Positions 1 to 8,700 of a stretch of 56,448 nucleotides of DNA are shown here, piece after piece; the stretch's first letter is position 1; each line of letters opens with the position of its first letter. Both the position numbers and the translations under genes were made by a program. Source of the stretch: an uncultured Clostridia bacterium (GTDB lineage Bacteria > Bacillota > Clostridia > Christensenellales > UBA1242); contig CALWKI010000069.1 of NCBI GenBank assembly GCA_944381235.1, forward strand, positions 1 through 56,448, written 5' to 3'. Under the pieces are notes generated by a model. The model was not told the DNA's origin. It saw nothing but the letters and a program-made list of their open reading frames with translations, and made no database searches.

Positions 1-327
1 ATAACTATTTTTTTCACCAATCAAAGTAGGAATTGAAGTTGCAAACCATACAAGCAACCAAACAAGCACTAGAGACGCAACTATTGCAACTGCAACACGA
101 ATAAGTGCTCCTTTCGCCTCTTTTGCCTTATCTGCAGTTTCTGCCCTTGCAAGTTTTACACCTAAAATGATAACCCAAATAGCACCTGCAATAGCAACTA
201 CTATAGTAATTGGTATAATTAAATCATCTAAAACTTCAACTATTGACTTAAGCCAACCAAGTTTAGATTCTTTTCCAAATTGCGAATCTATTGCACCCTG
301 GAAAGGGCCTCCAAGAAAATTAAACAT
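1..327 (-). CDS. Small two-helix membrane protein, VirB2/TrbC-like (conjugative pilin-like). Its 3' end lies beyond the window start.
   Basis: Hand translation of the minus strand from ATG (complement 325-327), preceded by GGAGGAAGT (328-336): MFNFLGGPFQGAIDSQFGKESKLGWLKSIVEVLDDLIIPITIVVAIAGAIWVIILGVKLARAETADKAKEAKGALIRVAVAIVASLVLVWLLVWFATSIPTLIGEKNSY. The frame is open to position 1. Two hydrophobic helices are separated by a short K/A/E-rich loop. The gene is divergent from a T4SS coupling protein. The listed + ORF 167..361 is its antisense shadow. Confidence 0.55.
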   Translation of the reverse strand, partial: MFNFLGGPFQGAIDSQFGKESKLGWLKSIVEVLDDLIIPITIVVAIAGAIWVIILGVKLARAETADKAKEAKGALIRVAVAIVASLVLVWLLVWFATSIPTLIGEKNSY

Positions 328-544
328 ACTTCCTCCAAAAGAAAATCTATTACTGTTTTGAGTTTAGCACAATAAAAACAAAATACCAAACAAATTTAGC
401 AACTTTTTTTATTTTTTTTGAAAAATTTTTTTATCAATAATATTTTGCGAAAAATTTCTTTTTTTATTTGTCTTATTTTTATTAATTGTTTATACTTATT
501 TAAACATCAAATATTCATATTTAAGGATTTTACATGGAGGAGCA

Positions 545-2557
545 ATGAAAAAGTTACTAATTAGAATTTTGCTTTTTATACCTATAATAGGAATTTGCTA
601 CTTACTTGGTCTTGCAATGACCTATTTTTTCACCTATGGAGGAGAAGGTTCTTTTGATATAGGACTTCTTTCTCAAGGAACATTTACTTTGGTTCCGGTA
701 ATCGTTGGTGGAGGAATTTACCTTATATATTTTTTAAACAAATTACTCGATGTGTCAAAACCAGACAAAGCAAAGCCAGGGTCAAAGAATAAAGAAGGTA
801 AAGAAGTTGCACAATATTTTGATTCTAGATGGATAACTGAAAAAGAACTCAAAACTGAAAAAAAGTTTATGTATGCCACATGGAACACGATTAGAAGCAG
901 CAAAGACGGAATACTACTTAGAAGCGAACTGAGAAAGAACAATCTAGAAATTAATATGTACCAGCCAATTCATGCGCTTATTATTGGTACAACTGGTACT
1001 GGAAAGACGCAAAAATATATAATTCCGACCATTCAGATTATGTCTTCCACTAAAACAAAGCCTAGTTTTGTCATTGCCGACCCAAAGGGCGAATTATATG
1101 AAAAAAACAGTCATAAACTAATTGAAGAAGGCTATGAAGTAAAAGTATTTAACCTAAGACAACCATTTTCGTCAGTTAAGTGGAACCCGCTTGACAACGC
1201 ATATGAACTTTATCACAGGGCGCATCACTTGCACGATTTTGTTAAAGTACATTCAGGCGTCAATCCGGCTGATCTTGGGCTCAAGATAATAAGTAGTGAG
1301 TACAACTACGAGTGGTACGAATATGGTGGAGTTGCTTATCCAAACAAACAAATACTTGACGAGGACCTTGAATCTAAAAAAGCAGAATATATTGACCAAG
1401 CAGAAAATGACCTAAGAGAAATAGCAACCATCCTCTGCCCTATTAAAAATGAAAAAGATCCAAGTTGGGAAAGAGGTGCGCAAGAAATGATATTAGGTAC
1501 AATGCTTGCCATGCTTGAAGATAGTTTAGACGAAAGACTAAATATGACGCGGGATAAGTTTAATTTCTACAATTTACGTAAAATTGTGACTTATAAAGAC
1601 ACTGACCCAGACAATCCATACAAGACACTTAGACAATATTATGCAGGTAGAGACAAATTTAGTAAAGTGCCGGGGCTAGTTAGTGGGGCAATTAACAATG
1701 CACCTAGTACAACTAAGAGTTATATGGGTATAGTAACAGGAAGTCTTGGAGTATTTAACGATAATGGTATGTGCTTTGCGACAAGTGAAAATGAAATGAA
1801 TTTTGATTCATTTGGTGACAAACCTACTGCCCTATTTATCATTATTCCAGACGAAAAAGAGTCAAGGTGGGGTATTGCAACTATGATGATTTCACAACTT
1901 TACAAAAAACTTGTAGACCTTGCAAACAACTACCCTAACATGATGTTACCAAGGCCTGTATATTTCCTGCTTGACGAGTTCGCAAATCTTCCAAAGATAG
2001 AAAAAATTGATACAATGATTACGGTAAGTCGTAGTAGAAATGTATTTTTCTCACTTGTTGTTCAGTCTTTTAGCCAATTAAACGCAAAATATGGGGATGA
2101 CGTCGCACAAACCATTAAAGGTAACTGTCCAATAAAAATATTCATTGGTACAGACGATAGAGTGACGTGTGAAGAGTTTAGTAAACTATGTGGAGATATG
2201 ACGCTTGAAATTTCGTCCACCTCTGAAAGTAAACAAAAAGACGAAAAAGGAAAAGAAAATCCAAACAAGACGACAAGTTTATCTACTGCCTCTCGTCCAC
2301 TTATTTATCCAGACGAACTTGGACACTTAGGAGACAGCGGTGGCACGAGTGAAATCATTATTAAAATTCTTAACGAGTTCCCTATGAGAATAAAATCTAC
2401 TGCTTACTGGGCAACCCCTATGTTTGACCATATGAAAGCATCAAGCGGATATGTGCCAAGTAGGTCACTTAATGAGGCAAAAATAAGTTACAATATTTCA
2501 GATAGAAATCAAATTGTTTTAAAACCTAGACCTATGATTGACATGAGTGATTTTTAA
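545..2557 (+). CDS. Type IV secretion coupling protein (VirD4/TraG family T4CP ATPase)
   Basis: 670 aa. Two N-terminal TM helices. Walker A is IIGTTGTGKTQKYIIPTI (nt ~982-1009), followed by the ADPKGELY motif. Walker B is VYFLLDEFANLPKI (nt ~1959-1982). GGAGG lies 4 nt upstream of the ATG. This is the typical VirD4/TraG/TraD architecture. Confidence 0.88.
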   Translation: MKKLLIRILLFIPIIGICYLLGLAMTYFFTYGGEGSFDIGLLSQGTFTLVPVIVGGGIYLIYFLNKLLDVSKPDKAKPGSKNKEGKEVAQYFDSRWITEKELKTEKKFMYATWNTIRSSKDGILLRSELRKNNLEINMYQPIHALIIGTTGTGKTQKYIIPTIQIMSSTKTKPSFVIADPKGELYEKNSHKLIEEGYEVKVFNLRQPFSSVKWNPLDNAYELYHRAHHLHDFVKVHSGVNPADLGLKIISSEYNYEWYEYGGVAYPNKQILDEDLESKKAEYIDQAENDLREIATILCPIKNEKDPSWERGAQEMILGTMLAMLEDSLDERLNMTRDKFNFYNLRKIVTYKDTDPDNPYKTLRQYYAGRDKFSKVPGLVSGAINNAPSTTKSYMGIVTGSLGVFNDNGMCFATSENEMNFDSFGDKPTALFIIIPDEKESRWGIATMMISQLYKKLVDLANNYPNMMLPRPVYFLLDEFANLPKIEKIDTMITVSRSRNVFFSLVVQSFSQLNAKYGDDVAQTIKGNCPIKIFIGTDDRVTCEEFSKLCGDMTLEISSTSESKQKDEKGKENPNKTTSLSTASRPLIYPDELGHLGDSGGTSEIIIKILNEFPMRIKSTAYWATPMFDHMKASSGYVPSRSLNEAKISYNISDRNQIVLKPRPMIDMSDF

Positions 2558-2582
2558 TTTTAAATTTAAAGAGATTATATAA

Positions 2583-2613
2583 AGAGAGTACAAAAAAGTA
2601 TTCTCTTTTTTTT
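2583..2613 (+). terminator. Rho-independent terminator after the T4CP gene
   Basis: Stem agagagtac (2583-2591) pairs with gtattctct (2598-2606), with one G-U pair. Loop is aaaaaa. A T7 run follows (2607-2613). Confidence 0.7.
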
Positions 2614-2761
2614 GTATCAAAAATAAAAAACATTATCTATTTTATTTTGAAAAAAAATTTCAATATGTTAATATGTAAATATTAATATTATTATTAAATA
2701 TATTATTATGTTTTGTGGAATAATAAAATAAAGAAACTAAAGAGTAAAAGAGGTAAAAAGA

Positions 2762-5700
2762 ATGAACAAAACAAGGATAAAAGTTGTTGCTTTTAGTTTA
2801 ATAATGCTAGTTTTTAGTTGCTGTTTTATTTTCTTAAATGAAAGTAAGACTAACCCGCTTGGTGAGAGAAAGGAAGTTATGGCGTCCTATCAAACGGGAG
2901 ACACATATTTTTCTGATACAGAAAACACTTCAAACAGTACCCTTATTGAAAATGGATATATTCCCTTTTCCCTTTTTACTAGCGTTGAATATGCAGGTAA
3001 TGCGGGATATAGCATAACCGACTACTATCCTGAATTTACCACAAGTGTAAGAAACAATACATACTACTACGAAATGACAGAGGATTCTGTCCCATACATT
3101 CTTTTATCCTCAAAATCTGGTACGACGGCAGACGATATTTTAACAACTCTTTATAACTCTACGCTTCACTTTAGGTTTAACGATATAAACGCAAAGACTG
3201 ACCCAGGAATTAACTATGGCAAAATTAGCGAACGTGGTCAAATGCAAATGGCTGTGACTATTAGAAATTCGCCAACTGACGACCCTATTGTCCTTAGTGC
3301 GAGCCCTGACTATGTAATTGCCGAAGAAGACAACATGTATTCATTTGCAGTAAATTTGCAAGAACTTATACTCAATGGTGCGACAAATGAAAACGCGGAG
3401 TGTCCTGAACTAGCGCTAAGTGGTGGAGACGTTGGAATTGGTGAGGAAGATCAACAAGAATACCTAGGCGGTAATGGCACAAACAACGACGTATCTGCAA
3501 GAACTGGTCTTTATACATTTACCATTAGTTATAACTACACCTCATCAATAAGTGGACAATTTGTTTCCAACAACTGTGTATTTGAGATGTCTGTTTATGT
3601 GGTTGACTATAGTACATATATTACAGAAAATCAAAATCCACTAACCTTTGAAAATACAGACGTATATACAGTCGAAAATGAAACTTTTACAAAAGAATAT
3701 CAAATTTATAACTACAACTATGAAAATGCACCAGTTGTAAACTATGACGCATCAAAGTTTGCTCTTAACTTTACCTTTAAAGTTGGTGGAGATGACAATA
3801 CATCTAATGTTTATCATTTTAATTACGATAATTTCGTTGTTGATCACGAGGATGGCCGCACGGGTATTGTAACTTTAAGTTGCGAAGAAAATGGCAACAC
3901 CTATTCTTTTTACACCTATGACGACGGAGACGCGGAAAATGGCACACAATATCTCGCTAAATTTTATTTAGATGATTTTGAAAAAAATTACATAATGGTA
4001 AACCAATCATACTTTAACACCTCCGTTTTTCAAGGTATATACGAATTTGAACTTGACTTACTTACTCAAGGTGACGGCAGTGTACCATACACACACGTTG
4101 ACAAAAATTTATTTAGCGAAGAGATACAAGAGAGTTTGACATACGAGAGACTTATTATCTTTGGCTACGACCTAAGGTATGAGGACAAGGATACCTCTTC
4201 CCCAACCTACAATCAAGTATTACCTTTAGTTAATGACTACACACATACAACTATTGCATCTTATAATGCTATGACAAATGGACTAGATGAAACTGAAGAT
4301 GAAACTGAAGTCGGTAATCTCCTGTCTATCCCAAGCCTTATTGCAACTACGAACATTACACCTCTTAGATTCCATAATTATGGCTCGCTTACAGATTACA
4401 CGGCGACTTACAGAAGATTTGACTCTTTCCAAATAAGTGACGAAGAAATTTTAAACACTATAAACGGCATGACACTTGCTGAAATTGATGATTACATTGC
4501 AAAAGACGATTCAACTTACTCTCAAGAATTTCAAAACATTACTGTTGCTGGCATTTATCTTATGAAACTAGAATACTCTATTGATGTCCCAGTACCACTC
4601 GTAGGAGACGACAATACCCCAATCAAGAATATTACAGGCTGCCAGTATGTCTTATTTAAAATTGAGTCCGGTTTACAATCTCTTTATATCCAAGGGATAG
4701 AGGGTGACACGGCATACGACTTTGTCAGCGCAACAAACAAAGATGTAAGGGTCGGAATTGAGGTAAGAAATAACCTTTTCTCTAATCCAATAAGTGTAAG
4801 TTACACATATGCACAAGATTATCAAAATACGTCCATGTCAGGGACGCTATCTCTAAAAAGAGGTGAAGATGGTGAACTTGAAACCTTTACAATTAATAAT
4901 AAAGAGTATTACTATTATGTTATAAATGGAGCACTTGACTATATATTTACAAAAAATGGTAGATATACTGTTACTATACGCAGCACTGGAAGCACAGCAA
5001 AAAGTTACGGCTTTAGTATTGATAAAGAAGATATTTCTGACATTCAAGTAAATAGCGTAGTACAATCTAGTCTTGGAAATTATGTAAAGAGTAATGAAAT
5101 TACAAGTTCAAATATCTATGGGTTTGATTATATTGATAAAAATCTTTATGTGACAGACTCCGCGTTTACAGTAGGCTGGGCTCCAAAGAGGAGTGGAGTT
5201 AAAGAGTATGTTTCTATTTACGTTATGGATCTAAAAAGAGGAGATAGCGCGACATCTTCTTCCCTATTTAAGCAAACAAATGGTGACTACTGGCTTACAA
5301 ACAATTATTACTTTGACGCTTTGAAAACTGGAGACAGTTCTAATTATCTTAATAGTTACAATTTAACAACCCTTGAGGCAAATAGTTATTTCTTTAGACC
5401 GGGACTTTACTATTTCTTTATCTACGACGACGCAGGAAATTATTCTGGAATTACAGTACTTGTTGACGACACCTTACCTCAAATTGCACAAGGTAGTTGG
5501 AGTGGAGTGCCGGAAGAGTCTACTTGGGAAAATTCCTATTCCCCAACAACAAATCCAAATAATTTTGTAAACTCAGATACTGTCCTTTATTTTGGAACAC
5601 ATAAGGCACTTAGTTTACCACTTCAGAAAAGTTCCACAGGGGAAAACTTCTTTGAAAACGAAATAACTTTACAAATAACAGATAGAAGTTACACTAACGC

Positions 5701-8700
5701 GTATGACCTGACAAATAATGGCGCACCTGTCACAAAAGAAAACATTAATATAAATTTTTACAAAGATGTTTTACTTGCTTTAACAAATTATATCAAAGAA
5801 ACAGATGGCGGGGACTTATTTAATCTTTCTTGGGCTGAAGAAGAAGATAGGTTAACATATTACCTTCTTCTTGAAAACACTTTAGTCAATTACTCATACT
5901 TCCCAGTTGATGTTAGTCTTACTCCAAGTTCAGGTACTTATAGCCCAGCACCTGTAAGTGTTGCGCTATACTTAAATAATTCTAATGCGACATTTAATGG
6001 CGAGGCAGATTATGTATTTTCTTTACTTAACCAAAATGGACTTCAAATAGATAGAGAAGTTCATATGAGTTTAGATAATGTAAGAAGTTCGTTTTATGCG
6101 TATAACTCTCCTGAAGATAGATTTTATATAAGAAAAAATGCTGGGACAAATCTTAATTCATTAATTTTTGAATATACAATTTTAAACAATGATTTGTCTG
6201 AATATTACGAAATTGAAAGTCTCTACTATAGTTACTATCCTTTTGCACTAGACGAGAGTGACGCTAATTATTCCCTGTCTTCCTATCCATTCTCATCTGT
6301 CGCAGTTGAAGAGGACACTCCTCTTACCGCCACCTCTCTTGACGGCATTACTTACACAACAAGCACAATAAATCCCGACTATTCGTCAAGTGAATATGGG
6401 ATAACAGAACCTGGAATGTATGTGGTAACTCGAGTTTATAGAGGTGGTCCATATAACTTAGTCAATGGTGAGTATGTTGAAACAGACACAGGCTATGGCG
6501 GAACTCATTACCTAGGCGATGACGGCAACTACTATCCTCTCTTCTCTCTTGATCCAATGACAAAAAGTTATACTGTTTATGTAGACCATAATGGAATAAT
6601 TAGTTCTACTTACTTAAGTGACGGCATAACGCGCGAAGTCGGAGATAATATTAGTATTTCTTTAAATGACGACACAAATTACTCATATACATTTAAAGAG
6701 TTCCTCACAATGACAGGAAATCGCGCACTTGTTACAAATGAAGTACCTATCAAAATAAATATTCCTTTCAGCAAGTACTTTAAGTATGCAGAAAATGGAA
6801 CACTAAATTACGTTTATAGCGCACTTAGTTTTTCAAAACTTAACGTCGAAATTGTTTACACTAATACATCTGGCGTTCAATATACCTACACAATAGACGG
6901 CTATGATAGTAGTACTGGAATGTGCACTAGTTCTATGCTCGTTAGCACATCTAATCCAAACGGACACTTAATATTCCAAGAACAAGGAAGTTACACTATT
7001 AGAATTACGGATAACACGGGATACACGTTATCAAGTACATCCTCTACTAATCTTAATGTAAATCCAACTAGTCTAGAGTTTAGCTTTGAGATTAGCCATA
7101 CTTCCCCATCTGCTACTGCATATTCATATATTTACAATTCAATTACAGATAGGTTTGAACAAAATATACAAAATGACGAGTACGGTACACATATTTATGC
7201 AGTTAACGCAACAAACGAGGTAATAAATGGTGAACGCAATAGATTTTACTTAGTGTGGCAAGATGATAGAACACCTTATATGTCAAAAGTAAATAATTTA
7301 AATATCAACTACATTATAAATAGTCAAGCAAGCAATTTTAACATAGATTTTAGTAGATATGACCTAAATGAAATAGCAGAACAAAATTTGGCAATTTTAT
7401 TAAGTGACGCAAATTCTAGTTTAACAGTTCTCGCAGAAAACTCAGTTAATTTAGACTCTTTCCTATTTTACCTTACAGTAGACTACTACGACGCAAACAA
7501 TCCTTATGAGGTTTATGATGGTGAAAACTATTATAGATATGTGTACACTTTGAATTTTGGGCTTGGTGCGGAATGTGTTTATGAAGTAACACTAAGTTAT
7601 GACAATACTAGTTCGTTTGCGTTTAAGAGTACAACTTATGACGTATCTATTGATAGAACAAAGCCAAATACAAATCTTGACAACTTAATTAATAGCGAAG
7701 ACTTTTTAAGGACATATTATTCTAGTTCAATAGAAAGTTTTAAAGAAGAAAAATTTGATATCAATAATTTATACACACTTCCTTCCGTCCTAACCTACAC
7801 ATTCGGAGTTAATACAGACTATGTGTTAAATTACAATGAAGAAGAGACAGTCCCTTACTTTTATGTAAGGTCTTACAACAAATATAACGGAGAATACGCT
7901 AGCATTACTCCAGACCTTGCAAATACTGAATACTATCAAAACGAAGATATTTTTGGTAGATATCCAAAATTCACTGAAACATCTCTTACAAATAATATTG
8001 TAAATATTGGGGATAATGTGTGGTATCTTGTTGAATATTCAAACGACTCCTTGTACTCATTAATTGCAAATACTTTGGGCGTAGTACCAAGCGGTTACTA
8101 CGAAATTATAGAGAGAGACTACGCAGGAAATTATAGGACTTTTACAATTTATTTTGCCTCGCAAGACTCGTCAAGTTATGATATCCTTAGACTTGATGGA
8201 CGAGACGAAATTAGAGAAACTTTTGAAAGTTCGACAGGTGACAACCTTACTGCAGAGGCTTTCTTTACACTAACTCAGTTATCTTCAAGATTAGGCTGGG
8301 GTGTTGTAAAGCTAAGAAATGAAACCTTAAATCTAGACTTTGATACACGTATTTATTTGACACCTGAAAGTAATCTTAATTCAACTCTTCTTGAAAGAAT
8401 TAACACTTTCTTAAGCGGTGGCGGAGATGAAATAAATATTAATTGTAGATATAGTTTCACTTTATCAAAATACAACTCTTCCTTCCCACCAGTTGTCAAG
8501 TCTGTAAGCGTTATTACAAACGAAGACAATGCAAGGCTTAGCGCTCCTACTATCACAGAAGTTCCAAACATTGAAACTGGCTTGTCAACATATACTTTAA
8601 CCCTCCCTGCTTATTCAACAACTTCTGTTTTATACTTAACGAGTTTTGATTTATATGCATTTTCCAATTCAACTGGGGCTTGGGAACTAACTCAATATTC

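Noticed and set aside
167-361. Listed + strand ORF (64 aa)
   Set aside because: It lies antisense to a better-supported minus-strand gene, which has an ATG at 327, a GGAGG RBS and a two-TM protein open to the window edge. The + ORF has no RBS and a low-complexity translation.
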